Below the pieces are notes generated by a model. The model searched no databases. It had not been told where the DNA came from and saw only the letters and a program-made list of their open reading frames with translations. Shown one piece after another: positions 39,923 to 50,717 of a stretch of 64,000 nucleotides of DNA; the stretch's first letter is position 1, and each line of letters begins with the position of its first letter. The DNA lies in the NCBI GenBank assembly GCA_963796055.1, contig CAWCKH010000001.1:64001-128000 (forward strand). Reading direction: 5' to 3'. Source of the DNA: an uncultured delta proteobacterium. GTDB lineage: Bacteria; Myxococcota; Myxococcia; Myxococcales; Myxococcaceae. Position numbers and translations under genes: made by a program.

Positions 39923-40489
39923 ATGAGCCGAATCGGAAAGCAGGCGATCAAGCTCGAGCCGAAGGTGAAGGCCTCGGTGGCGAGCGGCGCGGTGGCCCTC
40001 GAGGGCCCCAAGGGCAAGATGAAGGTTCCGCTGCCGGCGACCATCACCGCCGACGTCAAGGACGGGCAGATCCACGTACAGCGGCCCAACGACTCGCGTG
40101 AGTCGCGGAGCCTGCACGGGCTGGCCCGGAGCCTGCTGGCCAACGCGGCCAAGGGCGTGGCCAGTGGCTGGGAGCGCAAGCTCGACATCCGCGGCGTCGG
40201 GTTCCGCGCCGAGGTGAAGGGCAAGCAGATCCACTTCGCGCTGGGCTACAGCCACCCGGTGGTGTTCGACCTCCCCGAGGGGGTCAGCGCCGAGGTGGAC
40301 AAGGTGGCCCGCACCGAGGACAGCCTCCCCACCATCGGGCTCACCCTGCGCAGCGTGGACCGCGAGGCGCTGGGCGAGACCGCGGTGAAGATCCGGGCGC
40401 TTCGCCCGCCCGAGCCGTACAAGGGCAAGGGCATCAAGTACTCCGACGAGCGCGTGCGCCGGAAGGAAGGCAAGACCGGCACCGCGTAA
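39923..40489 (+). CDS. rplF: 50S ribosomal protein L6
   Basis: MSRIGK...RPPEPYKGKGIKY. Confidence 0.99.
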   Translation: MSRIGKQAIKLEPKVKASVASGAVALEGPKGKMKVPLPATITADVKDGQIHVQRPNDSRESRSLHGLARSLLANAAKGVASGWERKLDIRGVGFRAEVKGKQIHFALGYSHPVVFDLPEGVSAEVDKVARTEDSLPTIGLTLRSVDREALGETAVKIRALRPPEPYKGKGIKYSDERVRRKEGKTGTA

Positions 40490-40558
40490 GCGGCGCCGGG
40501 ACTCATCATCCGGCGGGGGAAGTCCCGGATCCCCGCCGGAAGGAACGAGGAAGAGACC

Positions 40559-40912
40559 ATGGGCAGCATCGAACCACGATTGAAGAGGAAGGCCCGCATC
40601 CGGCGGAAGCTCTCGGGCACCGCGGAGCGGCCCCGGCTCACGGTGTACAAGAGCCTGAAGCACATCTACGCCCAGGTGGTGGACGACTCCACCGGGCGCA
40701 CCCTCGCCTTCGCCTCCAGCCTCTCCAAGGAGCTGAAGGGCAAGGACGAAGGCGACAAGAAGGAGGACGCCAAGCGGGTGGGGCGGCTGGTGGCGGAGAA
40801 GGCCAAGGCCGCCAACGTGACCCGGGTGGTGTTCGACCGAAACGGATTCCCGTACCAGGGCCGCGTCGCGGCCGTGGCGGAGGCGGCCCGCGAGGCCGGC
40901 CTCGAGTTCTAG
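40559..40912 (+). CDS. rplR: 50S ribosomal protein L18
   Basis: [14 protein letters not shown]...VFDRNG...AREAGLEF. Confidence 0.99.
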   Translation: MGSIEPRLKRKARIRRKLSGTAERPRLTVYKSLKHIYAQVVDDSTGRTLAFASSLSKELKGKDEGDKKEDAKRVGRLVAEKAKAANVTRVVFDRNGFPYQGRVAAVAEAAREAGLEF

Positions 40913-40933
40913 GAAAGGCAAGAGGCTAGGCGA

Positions 40934-41437
40934 GTGGCGACTCCCATCAACCCCAACGACCTCGATCTCAGCGATCGGGTGGTCAACATCAACCGCGTGG
41001 CCAAGGTGGTGAAGGGCGGCCGGCGGTTCAGCTTCTCGGCGCTGGTCGTGGTCGGCGACGGCAACGGCCACGTCGGCGTGGGCCTGGGCAAGGCCAACGA
41101 GGTCCCGGAGGCCATCCGCAAGGGCGGCGAGAACGCGAAGAAGAACCTCTTCCGCGTCCCGCTGCAGGGCCACACCATCCCTCACGAGGTGCTTGGTCAC
41201 TTCGGCGCGGGGTGGGTGCTGCTCAAGCCCGCCGCCGAGGGCACCGGGGTCATCGCCGGTGGCTCGGTCCGGGCGGTGCTCGAGGCCGCCGGCATCCGGA
41301 ACATCCTGACCAAGAGCCAGGGCAGCCGGAACCCGCACAACGTGCTCAAGGCCACCGTGGCCGGTCTCAAGTCGCTCCGCTCCCCGGACCAGGTCTCGCG
41401 CCTGCGTGGCCGGGAGCTCGAGTACGGCAAGGCGTAG
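40934..41437 (+). CDS. rpsE: 30S ribosomal protein S5
   Basis: [16 protein letters not shown]...GTGVIAGG. Confidence 0.99.
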   Translation: MATPINPNDLDLSDRVVNINRVAKVVKGGRRFSFSALVVVGDGNGHVGVGLGKANEVPEAIRKGGENAKKNLFRVPLQGHTIPHEVLGHFGAGWVLLKPAAEGTGVIAGGSVRAVLEAAGIRNILTKSQGSRNPHNVLKATVAGLKSLRSPDQVSRLRGRELEYGKA

Positions 41438-41447
41438 CGAGGACACC

Positions 41448-41720
41448 ATGGGACTGCGCATCAAGCTGACCAAGAGCTTCGCCGGGGCGAGCGAGACGCA
41501 GCTCCGGACCATCGCCGGCCTGGGCCTGAGGAAGTTCGGCCAGGAGCGGCTGCTTCAGGACACCCCGGCCATCCGAGGGATGATCTTCAAGGTCCGTCAC
41601 CTCGTGACCCACGAGGTGGTGAAGGACAACCCGGCCAAGGCCCCGCGGCGGAAGCCGCGGCTGGTGAAGGCCCGCGAGGCGGCCCGCGAGCGGCGCGCCT
41701 CCAAGGAGCAGCGTTCATGA
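41448..41720 (+). CDS. rpmD: 50S ribosomal protein L30 (C-terminal extension)
   Basis: LRIKLTKS...LGLRK...[15 protein letters not shown]. Confidence 0.95.
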   Translation: MGLRIKLTKSFAGASETQLRTIAGLGLRKFGQERLLQDTPAIRGMIFKVRHLVTHEVVKDNPAKAPRRKPRLVKAREAARERRASKEQRS

Positions 41721-42223
41721 ACAGCCTGTCCAACCTGCGCCGGCCGAAGGCGAGCTGGCACCGGAAGAAGCGCGTCGGCCGTGGCCAGGGCTCCGGGCTG
41801 GGAAAGACGGCTGGCCGCGGTGGGAAGGGTCAGAAGGCCCGCACGGGCAACATGCGCTTCGAGGGGTTCGAGGGTGGGCAGAGCCCGCTCCAGCGCCGCC
41901 TTCCCAAGTTCGGCTTCAACGCCCCGAACCGGAAGGAGTTCGCGGTGGTGAACGTGGGCGACCTTGACCGCTTCGACGCCGGTGCGACGGTGGACGAGGC
42001 CGCGCTCCGCAAGGCGGGCCTGGTGAAGGGCCGCTGGACCGGGGTGAAGCTGCTCGGCGAGGGCACGGTCAGCCGCAAGGTGGTCATCCACGTGCACCGG
42101 GTGAGCGAGAAGGCCAAGGCGGCGGTCGAGGCGGCCGGCGGCTCGGTCACGCTCGTCCCGCTGATGGCCCACAAGCCCGAGGCCGCGGCGAGAGCGCACG
42201 CCGGCAAGGGCGCGAAGTCCTGA
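41717..42223 (+). CDS. rplO: 50S ribosomal protein L15
   Basis: RVGRGQGSGLGKTAGRGGKGQKAR, FEGGQSPL. Confidence 0.99.
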   Translation: MNSLSNLRRPKASWHRKKRVGRGQGSGLGKTAGRGGKGQKARTGNMRFEGFEGGQSPLQRRLPKFGFNAPNRKEFAVVNVGDLDRFDAGATVDEAALRKAGLVKGRWTGVKLLGEGTVSRKVVIHVHRVSEKAKAAVEAAGGSVTLVPLMAHKPEAAARAHAGKGAKS

Positions 42224-42242
42224 TTATCCAAGGTCCCGGGTC

Positions 42243-42270
42243 TTGCCGGCCCGGGACAATCCAGTAGTCT
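42243..42270 (+). promoter_or_regulatory. Possible internal promoter for secY
   Basis: TTGCCG-16 nt-TAGTCT in the rplO-secY gap. Confidence 0.35.
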
Positions 42271-42286
42271 CGGGCGGCACTCATCC

Positions 42287-43636
42287 ATGTTCCGAGCCAT
42301 CGTCAACGTCTTCCGGGTCGCCGAGCTCCGGTCGCGCCTCGCCTACACCCTGGCCCTGCTCGCCGTGTACCGGCTGGGCATCTTCATCAACACCCCCGGC
42401 GTGGACCGGGTGGCGATGAACGCCTACATGCAGGAGCAGAAGGCGCGCGGCGGGCTGGTGAACCTGTTCAACCTGTTCTCCGGCGGCGCGCTGGACCAGA
42501 TGTCCATCTTCGGGCTGGGGATCATGCCGTACGTCTCGGCATCGATCATCATGCAGCTGCTGACGGTGGTGGTCCCCACCCTGGAGCGGCTGCAGAAGGA
42601 AGGCGCCGCCGGCCGGCAGAAGCTGAACCAGTACACCCGCTACGGGAGCATCGTGCTCTCGGTGGTGCAGGGCATCGGCATCGCCCGCTGGCTCGCCTCG
42701 CTCGGCCGGAGCACCATCCCCGGCCGCGGGGGCGTGGAGATCGACCACGTGGTCGTCCCCAACGATTCGGTGTGGTTCACCTTCATGACGGTGATCACCC
42801 TCACTGCCGGCACCGCCTTCATCATGTGGCTCGGCGAGCGCATCACCGAGCGAGGCATCGGTAACGGCATCTCGCTCATCATCTTCGCCGGCATCGTGGC
42901 CAGGCTCCCCAGCGCCACCAGCCGCCTGGTCGAGCTGTCGGCCGACAAGGCCTGGCTCATCCCGGTGCTGGCGGTCTTCATGCTGCTGGTGGTGGGGGTC
43001 GTCGTCTACATCGAGCGCGGGATGCGGCGAATCCCGGTGCAGTACGCCAAGCGCATGGCGGGGCGGACCATGTTCGCCGGCCAGGCCACGTACTTCCCGA
43101 TCAAGGTGAATTCCGCCGGGGTGATTCCTCCCATCTTCGCCGGCGCGATCCTCAGCTTCCCGGCCACCCTGGGGAACTGGCTGCCCGGGCTGGCCACGGT
43201 GCAGCACGCGCTGGAGGGCAACGCCTGGCTCTACGACGGCGTCTTCGTGCTGCTGATCATCTTCTTCACCTACTTCTACACCACCCTGACCTTCCGGGCG
43301 GACGACGTCGCGGACAACATCAAGAAGCAGGGCGGGTACATCCCCGGCATCCGGCCGGGCCGGCAGACGGCGGAGTACATCTCGGCGGTCCTGAACCGGC
43401 TCACCTTCGGCGGGGCGATCTACCTCGCCTTCATCTGCGTCATCCCCTCCATACTCTCCAACCCGGCCTTCGGCGGGCTGCCCTTCCAGTTCGGCGGCAC
43501 GGCGCTGCTCATCGTGGTCGGCGTGGCGCTGGACACCGTCCAGCAGATCGAGGGCCACCTCATCAGCCGCAACTACGAGGGCTTCGCCGGAGCGCGGGGC
43601 CCAAGGATTCGCGGTCGACTGAGGCCCGCCGCGTAA
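42287..43636 (+). CDS. secY: Preprotein translocase subunit SecY
   Basis: LGIMPYVSASII, GIGNGISLIIF, GVIPPIFA, IPGIRPG. Confidence 0.99.
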   Translation: MFRAIVNVFRVAELRSRLAYTLALLAVYRLGIFINTPGVDRVAMNAYMQEQKARGGLVNLFNLFSGGALDQMSIFGLGIMPYVSASIIMQLLTVVVPTLERLQKEGAAGRQKLNQYTRYGSIVLSVVQGIGIARWLASLGRSTIPGRGGVEIDHVVVPNDSVWFTFMTVITLTAGTAFIMWLGERITERGIGNGISLIIFAGIVARLPSATSRLVELSADKAWLIPVLAVFMLLVVGVVVYIERGMRRIPVQYAKRMAGRTMFAGQATYFPIKVNSAGVIPPIFAGAILSFPATLGNWLPGLATVQHALEGNAWLYDGVFVLLIIFFTYFYTTLTFRADDVADNIKKQGGYIPGIRPGRQTAEYISAVLNRLTFGGAIYLAFICVIPSILSNPAFGGLPFQFGGTALLIVVGVALDTVQQIEGHLISRNYEGFAGARGPRIRGRLRPAA

Positions 43637-43669
43637 CGGCCGACGAGTTCCCTCGGGGAGGGGTGTGGC

Positions 43670-44335
43670 ATGAACCTGGTCCTGCTCGGACCACCAGGCG
43701 CGGGGAAGGGGACGCAGGCAAAGCGGCTGGCAGCCCGCTGGGGCATCCCCCACGTCTCCACCGGCGACATCCTCCGGCAGGCGGTGAAGGACGGGAGCGA
43801 GCTGGGCAAGAAGGCCGGCCCGCTGATGGCGGCCGGCAAGCTGGTCCCCGACGAGCTGGTGGTGGGAATCGTGAAGGACCGGCTGCTCCAGCCGGACGCG
43901 GCCAAGGGGTTCATCCTCGACGGCTTCCCACGGACCATCCCCCAGGCCGAGATGCTCGATCAGGGCCTGGCCAACCACGGCAGGGCGCTCGACGCGGTCA
44001 TCTCGCTCGAGGTGCCGATCGAGACCCTGGTGGAGCGGATCTCCGGCCGCAGGAGCTGCCCGCGGGACGGCAGCGTGTACCACATCGTGCAGAACCCGCC
44101 CCGGCACACCGGGGCCTGCGATCTCTGCGGCACCGCGCTGGTCCAGCGGGAGGACGACAAGGAAGAGAGCGTCCGCACCCGGATGCAGGCGTACGCGGCG
44201 TCCACCGCGCCGCTGAAGGACTTCTACGCGCGCAAGGGGCTGCTCCGGGTGGTGGACGGGGTCGGGGCGCCCGAGGCCATCGAGGCGGCCGTGGCGCAGG
44301 CGATGAAGCCTCGTGAGCTCACCCCTGGCGCATGA
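43670..44335 (+). CDS. adk: Adenylate kinase
   Basis: GPPGAGKGTQ, STGDILR, LDGFPRT; lid with CxxD/CxxC. Confidence 0.98.
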   Translation: MNLVLLGPPGAGKGTQAKRLAARWGIPHVSTGDILRQAVKDGSELGKKAGPLMAAGKLVPDELVVGIVKDRLLQPDAAKGFILDGFPRTIPQAEMLDQGLANHGRALDAVISLEVPIETLVERISGRRSCPRDGSVYHIVQNPPRHTGACDLCGTALVQREDDKEESVRTRMQAYAASTAPLKDFYARKGLLRVVDGVGAPEAIEAAVAQAMKPRELTPGA

Positions 44336-45102
44336 CAGTCGAGCTCAAGAGCGCGCCGGAGATCGACCGGATGCGGCGCGCCGGACGGATCGTCGCGGAG
44401 ATCCTCGACGCCCTCGAGGCCGCGGTGGCGCCCGGGGTGAGCACCTGGGAGCTCGACCAGCTCGCGGAGCGGCTCATCAAGGAGAAGGGCGCCAGGAGCG
44501 CGTTCAAGGGCTACCGCGGCTTCCCGGCGGTGCTCTGCGCCTCCGTCAACCACGAGGTGGTGCACGGCATCCCGAGCAAGAGCCGGAAGCTCGTCGAGGG
44601 CGACCTCATGAAGCTCGACTTCGGCGTCTCGGTGGAAGGCTTCTACGGCGATGCGGCCCGGACCGTGCCGGTGGGCAAGGTGTCCGAGGAGGCCCGGCGG
44701 CTCTCCGAGGCCACCCGCGCCTCGCTCGAGGCCGCCATCGCCGCCATCCGGCCGGGGAACCGCATCGGGGACATCGGCCACGCCGTGCAGTCGCACGTGG
44801 AGCCGCTGGGCTTCAGCGTGGTCCGGGACTTCGTGGGCCACGGCATCGGCCGGAAGCTCCACGAGGCGCCCCAGATCCCCAACTACGGGCGTCCAGGAAC
44901 ACTGGAATCTTTGCGTCCGGGGATGGTCCTGGCCGTGGAACCCATGGTGAACGCGGGCGCCGCGGCGGTGGACGTCCTCGACGACGGCTGGACGGCGGTG
45001 ACCCTCGACGGGCGGCTGTCGGCCCACTGGGAACACACGATCCTGGTGGTCGACGGCGGGCACGAGGTGCTCACCAGGTCCCCGCGCGGGACAACGGCTT
45101 GA
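44332..45102 (+). CDS. map: Methionine aminopeptidase type I
   Basis: SVNHEVVHGIP, GHGIGRKLHE, AVEPMVN, SAHWEHT. Confidence 0.98.
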   Translation: MTVELKSAPEIDRMRRAGRIVAEILDALEAAVAPGVSTWELDQLAERLIKEKGARSAFKGYRGFPAVLCASVNHEVVHGIPSKSRKLVEGDLMKLDFGVSVEGFYGDAARTVPVGKVSEEARRLSEATRASLEAAIAAIRPGNRIGDIGHAVQSHVEPLGFSVVRDFVGHGIGRKLHEAPQIPNYGRPGTLESLRPGMVLAVEPMVNAGAAAVDVLDDGWTAVTLDGRLSAHWEHTILVVDGGHEVLTRSPRGTTA

Positions 45103-45159
45103 AATGTCGAGGGCTCGCCGGTAGAAGAGCTTGCTTCGGCGCGCCCCGGCTGGTATGGC
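45099..45159 (+). promoter_or_regulatory. Tandem sigma70-like promoters upstream of infA
   Basis: TTGAAA(45099)-17-TAGAAG and TTGCTT(45131)-17-TATGGC, the second with TGn and a GC-rich discriminator. Confidence 0.4.
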
Positions 45160-45238
45160 GGCGCGCTTTCTCGTTTACGAAGGTCTGTCTGTCAAAGGGG
45201 TCGATCTGCCGAGATTTCGAAGGTCCGAGAGGGTCGTT

Positions 45239-45460
45239 GTGCCGAAGGATGATGCCATCGAGGTGGAAGGAACGGTCATCGAGCCGCTTCCCAACGCCAT
45301 GTTCCGGGTGGTCCTGGACAACGGGGGGCACAAGGTGCTCGCCCATATCTCCGGGAAAATGCGCATGCATTTCATCCGCATCCTTCCGGGCGACAAGGTG
45401 AAGCTGGAGCTGTCGCCCTACGACCTGACCCGCGGTCGCATCACCTACCGCGCCAAGTAG
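45239..45460 (+). CDS. infA: Translation initiation factor IF-1
   Basis: [10 protein letters not shown]...LPNAMF...AHISGKMR...[13 protein letters not shown] start at 45239. Confidence 0.98.
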   Translation: MPKDDAIEVEGTVIEPLPNAMFRVVLDNGGHKVLAHISGKMRMHFIRILPGDKVKLELSPYDLTRGRITYRAK

Positions 45461-45534
45461 CGTCGGCACCCCATCGGGGCTCGGGAGCGAGATTTGGAAC
45501 AGCGGGGAAGGCCCGCCGGGAGTTCAGTGTCGCC

Positions 45535-45651
45535 ATGAAGGTTCGCGCGTCGGTCAAGAAAATCTGTGACAAGTGCAAGGTCATCCGCCGCAAGCGGGTC
45601 GTCCGAGTGATCTGCGCGGCCAACCCGCGCCACAAGCAGCGCCAGGGCTAG
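45535..45651 (+). CDS. rpmJ: 50S ribosomal protein L36 (below the ORF-track size cutoff)
   Basis: [38 protein letters not shown]. Confidence 0.98.
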   Translation: MKVRASVKKICDKCKVIRRKRVVRVICAANPRHKQRQG

Positions 45652-45687
45652 TCGGCCAGGGCCAGGGAACGAGGAACCAGAACAAGC

Positions 45688-46080
45688 ATGGCTCGCATCG
45701 CCGGCATCGACCTCCCCCCCGCCAAGCGGGTGGTGATCTCCCTGCAGTACATCTACGGGATCGGCAACAAGACCGCGCACGACATCGTCACCAAGGCGGG
45801 CGTGGACCTGGCCACCCGGACCAAGGATCTCACCGAGGAGCAGACCCGCGCCATCCGGGAGATCATCGAGACGGACTACAAGGTCGAGGGTGATCTCCGG
45901 CGCGAGGTCACCATGAACATCAAGCGGCTGATGGACCTGGGCTGCTACCGCGGCCTGCGCCACCGGAAGGGCCTGCCCGTCCGCGGCCAGCGCACCCACA
46001 CCAACGCCCGGACCCGGAAGGGCCCCAAGCGGGGAATCATCCGCCCCAAGGCCACCGCCCCCACCACCACCCGGGCGTAA
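45688..46080 (+). CDS. rpsM: 30S ribosomal protein S13
   Basis: [10 protein letters not shown]...[18 protein letters not shown]. Confidence 0.99.
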   Translation: MARIAGIDLPPAKRVVISLQYIYGIGNKTAHDIVTKAGVDLATRTKDLTEEQTRAIREIIETDYKVEGDLRREVTMNIKRLMDLGCYRGLRHRKGLPVRGQRTHTNARTRKGPKRGIIRPKATAPTTTRA

Positions 46081-46111
46081 CCCGGTTCAGAACTGACGAG
46101 AGACCACCCGC

Positions 46112-46561
46112 ATGGCCGAAGAAGTCACGCCCCCCGCCGCAGCCCCCGCCGACGCCGCCGCTGCGGCCGCGCCCGCCACCGCCGAGAAGCGCGTCAAGCG
46201 CAAGGGCAAGAAGAACATCCTCAACGGCGTGGTGCACATCCAGAGCACCTTCAACAACACCATCATCACCATCTGCGACGTCTCGGGGAACGTGATCTCC
46301 TGGTCGTCCGCCGGCGCCCGCGGCTTCAAGGGCAGCCGCAAGTCGACGCCCTTCGCCGCCCAGGTGGCCGCCGGTGACGCCGCGGCCAAGGCGATGGAGC
46401 ACGGGCTGAAGAACGTGACGGTGATGGTGAAGGGCCCGGGCGCCGGCCGCGAGTCGGCCCTGCGCGCGCTGGCCGCCGCCGGCCTGAAGATCTCGCTGAT
46501 CCGCGACGTGACCCCCATCCCTCACAACGGATGCCGGCAGCCGAAGCGCCGCCGCGTCTAG
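46112..46561 (+). CDS. rpsK: 30S ribosomal protein S11
   Basis: STFNNTI...[11 protein letters not shown]...[11 protein letters not shown]. Confidence 0.99.
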   Translation: MAEEVTPPAAAPADAAAAAAPATAEKRVKRKGKKNILNGVVHIQSTFNNTIITICDVSGNVISWSSAGARGFKGSRKSTPFAAQVAAGDAAAKAMEHGLKNVTVMVKGPGAGRESALRALAAAGLKISLIRDVTPIPHNGCRQPKRRRV

Positions 46562-46583
46562 ACCACCTCCCGGGAGAACTGAT

Positions 46584-47210
46584 TTGGCCCGCTACACCGC
46601 CAGCGCCTGCCGCATCTGCCGCCGCGAAAACCTCAAGATGTACCTGAAGGGAGACCGCTGCTACACCGACAAGTGCGCCATCGAGCGCCGCCCGTACCCC
46701 CCGGGACAGCACGGCCAGGGCCGGGTGAAGTTCAGCGGCTACGGCACCCAGCTCCGCGAGAAGCAGAAGGTCAAGCGGATGTACGGCCTGCTCGAGTCCC
46801 AGTTCCGCGGGTCGTTCCGCCGCGCCGCCCACGCCAAGGGCAAGACCGGTGAGACCCTGCTCCAGCTGCTCGAGCTCCGCCTGGACAACGTGGTGTTCCG
46901 GATGGGCTTTGCCGACACCCGGGCCGAGGCCCGACAGCTGGTGCGGCACGGTCACTTCACGATCAATGGCAAGCGGGTGAACATCCCCAGCTTCGAGGTG
47001 AAGCCCGGCACGGTCGTCGAGGTGGCGGAGAAGAGCCGGAAGATGATTCGCATCGCCGAGGCGCTGGAGACCGTGGACCGGCGCGGCGTGCCGCAGTGGA
47101 TCGACCTGGACAAGAAGGCCATGAAGGGCACGGTGAAGAGCGTCCCCAACCGCGAGGACCTCACCATGCCGATCCAGGAACAGCTGATCGTCGAGCTTTA
47201 CAGCAAGTAG
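46584..47210 (+). CDS. rpsD: 30S ribosomal protein S4 (zinc-binding type)
   Basis: [14 protein letters not shown]...[11 protein letters not shown]...IVELYSK; TTG start. Confidence 0.99.
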   Translation: MARYTASACRICRRENLKMYLKGDRCYTDKCAIERRPYPPGQHGQGRVKFSGYGTQLREKQKVKRMYGLLESQFRGSFRRAAHAKGKTGETLLQLLELRLDNVVFRMGFADTRAEARQLVRHGHFTINGKRVNIPSFEVKPGTVVEVAEKSRKMIRIAEALETVDRRGVPQWIDLDKKAMKGTVKSVPNREDLTMPIQEQLIVELYSK

Positions 47211-47304
47211 CAGCGTGCAGTGGCAGTGACGGAGCGCGTCCTCCCGTCATCCGGACGGGTACGTTGGTGACGCCGCTTCCGAAGGAAAGAAGGAAGAAGC
47301 AACC

Positions 47305-48333
<1,029 letters not shown>

Positions 48334-48344
48334 GGTGGTTCACC

Positions 48345-48370
48345 GGCCCTTCCCCGGCAGGGGAGGGGCC
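48345..48370 (+). other. GNRA-tetraloop hairpin between rpoA and rplQ
   Basis: GGCCCTTCCCC-GGCA-GGGGAGGGGCC; no U-tract, so more likely a stability/processing element than an intrinsic terminator. Confidence 0.45.
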
Positions 48371-48415
48371 TTCGGCCCGGGTACCTGACACGGCCCGGGA
48401 AAGGACGGGAAGACG

Positions 48416-48802
48416 ATGCGTCACCGCGTCGGACAGAGGAAGCTGCAGAAGACCACCAGCCACCGGCTGGCGATGCTGGACAACATGGTCACCTCGCTGC
48501 TCGAGCACGAGGCGATCAAGACCACCGTGCCCAAGGCCAAGGAGGCCCGGCGGCTGGCCGAGCGGATCATCACCCTCGGCAAGCGCGGGGGCCTGGCCAA
48601 CGTCCGGCTGGCGGAGCGCAACGTGCGCAGCCGCTCCGTGCTGCAGAAGGTCTTCGGCGAGCTCAAGGACCGCTACGCCAGCCGTCCCGGCGGCTACACC
48701 CGCATCGTCCGCCTGGGCTTCCGCACCGGTGACGCGGCGGAGATGGCGCTGCTGGAGCTCGTGGACCGCCCGGCCAAGGCCGAGGCCGAGAAGAAGGAGT
48801 AG
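48416..48802 (+). CDS. rplQ: 50S ribosomal protein L17
   Basis: MRHR...[10 protein letters not shown]...RPGGYTRI. Confidence 0.99.
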   Translation: MRHRVGQRKLQKTTSHRLAMLDNMVTSLLEHEAIKTTVPKAKEARRLAERIITLGKRGGLANVRLAERNVRSRSVLQKVFGELKDRYASRPGGYTRIVRLGFRTGDAAEMALLELVDRPAKAEAEKKE

Positions 48803-48816
48803 GGCGGCGTCAGGCG

Positions 48817-49410
48817 CTACTGGGGCATGCCCTCCTTGAGGAGGAGGACGCTTCCCTTCCGGGTGTGGAGCTCGATGTCGGTCGCCTTGAGATTGAAGGG
48901 CGCGAGCTTGCCGTTGTCGCCCATCAGCTGCTTGGGGGTGATGGTCACGAAGGCCCGCGGCTCCACATGACTGATCGCCGCCCGGTAGCTGTGGTTCACC
49001 ACCACCACCACCTCCTCCCAGGCCCGGTCGCTCTCGTTGGAGAGCACGTAGGCCGGGTGCTCGCTCTCCTCGCCCATGATCAGCCGGGCACCCAGGGAGG
49101 CGCTCGGGCCGATGAGCGTCGGGGCGCCGGGGCAGGCGACGAAGACTCCGGCCAGGCTCAGCACCGCCCAGGCGCCGAGGATGGCCGCCTTGAACTTGAA
49201 GTACCGGTCCGCGTTGCGGAAGTCCTCCCAGGTCTCCCGGAGGATGGCGACGACGTTGAGGGCGGTGCTCTCGGCCTCGGAGCGAATCCGGGTCTGCAGC
49301 GGCAGCCCGTCCTCGTCCAGCGGCAGGGGCTCACCGCGGGTCGCGCTCACCGTGCGTCCGGCGAGCAGCGCGGCTTGGTGGGGCGGCAAGTTCCGTCCGG
49401 GTGGTCGCAT
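48817..49410 (-). CDS. Hypothetical single-TM protein
   Basis: ORF with one hydrophobic segment (AAILGAWAVLSLAGVFVAC); start uncertain. Confidence 0.6.
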   Translation of the reverse strand: MRPPGRNLPPHQAALLAGRTVSATRGEPLPLDEDGLPLQTRIRSEAESTALNVVAILRETWEDFRNADRYFKFKAAILGAWAVLSLAGVFVACPGAPTLIGPSASLGARLIMGEESEHPAYVLSNESDRAWEEVVVVVNHSYRAAISHVEPRAFVTITPKQLMGDNGKLAPFNLKATDIELHTRKGSVLLLKEGMPQ

Positions 49411-49541
49411 GCGGCCGGAGGTGAGTCTACACGAGACCAATCCACCGGCCTGCCCTGTCCGCCCGCGCCCCCGGGTGCTGTAGTCATGGACCGCGTGTTC
49501 CCGGACCTGGTCTCCAGCACCTCGAAGGGAGTCCCCGCGCC

Positions 49542-50717
49542 GTGAAGGAGGTCTACATCGTCGCCACCGAGGACGCCGAGCCGCTCGGCCCGGATGCCAT
49601 CGGAGAGGCGTTCGAGACGGACGACGTCACGGTGGAGCTGGAGGAGACCCCGGGGAGCTTCCGGCTGCGGTCGGCGGAGGCGCAGATCGCCGTCCGTTTC
49701 GAGGCGCTGGAGTCCCCGCTCGGCTGGACCCCGGAGCTGCTGACCGGAAGCGAGGGCGCCCATGCCCGGCTCCGACGCGCCCGGGGGCTCTACCGGGTCG
49801 CGTACGAGACGCCGCCCGGAAGCCAGCCCACGGTGGGGGTGTTCGAGGCGCTGTGGTGCGTACGTGGCCTGCTGGAGCGGCGGGAAGGGGTGCTCCTGGA
49901 TGCCAGCGCCTTCAAGCTGCACGAGGAGGACGACGTCCGGGAGATCACCGAGCTGGACTTCGACATCCGCGACCACGTGAACCTCCACGCGGTGGAGGCC
50001 GCCCCGGGAGATGCACCGCTGTGGGTGCACTCGCACGGGATGGCCAAGTTCGGGCAACGGGACGTGGAGATCTTCCACCTCTCCGAGGCGGACCTGCTCC
50101 CGGCGGAGAGCTTCCTGCACGAGCTGTGCACCGACCTGGCCTTCGGCGAGGGCCCGGTCCCGCGGACGCCGATGGAGACCAGCAACGGCGAGGGCTTCAT
50201 GCTGGTGTCCTCCGAGGAGGCCCGGCTGGGGATGCTCGGCGTCCCGATGGAGACCTTCGAGGAGCACGAGGGCGAGTACTGGACCGTCGTTTCCCCCGAG
50301 GGGCGGCACACCACCTCGGAGCTGCTCCGCCCCTACCGGAGCCGCTTCGAGCAGGAGGACCCGACCCGCTCGGAGGCGCTGGCCTCGCAGGCGGCGCGGC
50401 TGCGGCCGGCGTTCAAGGCGCGGTTCCACCGCCGGGGGCTGATGGAGCCGCTCACCTTCCTCGTCCGGGCACCGTTCGAGACCCACCCGGACGGGGAGGC
50501 GATCCAGGAGAACCTCTGGCTCGAGGTGCTGGCCTGGGAGGAGGGGCGGATCACCGGAAAGCTGGTGGATGGCGCTGCCCAGACCACGGAGTGGCGAAAG
50601 GGGGCGGCGGTGGAGATCGACGAGGACGCGGTGAACGCCGTCGCCATGGGCCGGGACGGACGTCCCCTCGAGGACGAGGAGATGCAGGGCGTGCTCCTCG
50701 CCGAGCGTCCGATGTGA
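49542..50717 (+). CDS. DUF2314-like domain-containing protein
   Basis: WVHSHGMAKFG; C-terminal ENLWLEVLAWEEGRITGKL resembling DUF2314. Confidence 0.6.
   Translation: MKEVYIVATEDAEPLGPDAIGEAFETDDVTVELEETPGSFRLRSAEAQIAVRFEALESPLGWTPELLTGSEGAHARLRRARGLYRVAYETPPGSQPTVGVFEALWCVRGLLERREGVLLDASAFKLHEEDDVREITELDFDIRDHVNLHAVEAAPGDAPLWVHSHGMAKFGQRDVEIFHLSEADLLPAESFLHELCTDLAFGEGPVPRTPMETSNGEGFMLVSSEEARLGMLGVPMETFEEHEGEYWTVVSPEGRHTTSELLRPYRSRFEQEDPTRSEALASQAARLRPAFKARFHRRGLMEPLTFLVRAPFETHPDGEAIQENLWLEVLAWEEGRITGKLVDGAAQTTEWRKGAAVEIDEDAVNAVAMGRDGRPLEDEEMQGVLLAERPM

Noticed and set aside
40509..40540. Intrinsic terminator between rplF and rplR (TCCGGCGGGG/CCCCGCCGGA stem)
   Set aside because: No U-tract and it lies mid-operon; more likely a spacer/stability hairpin
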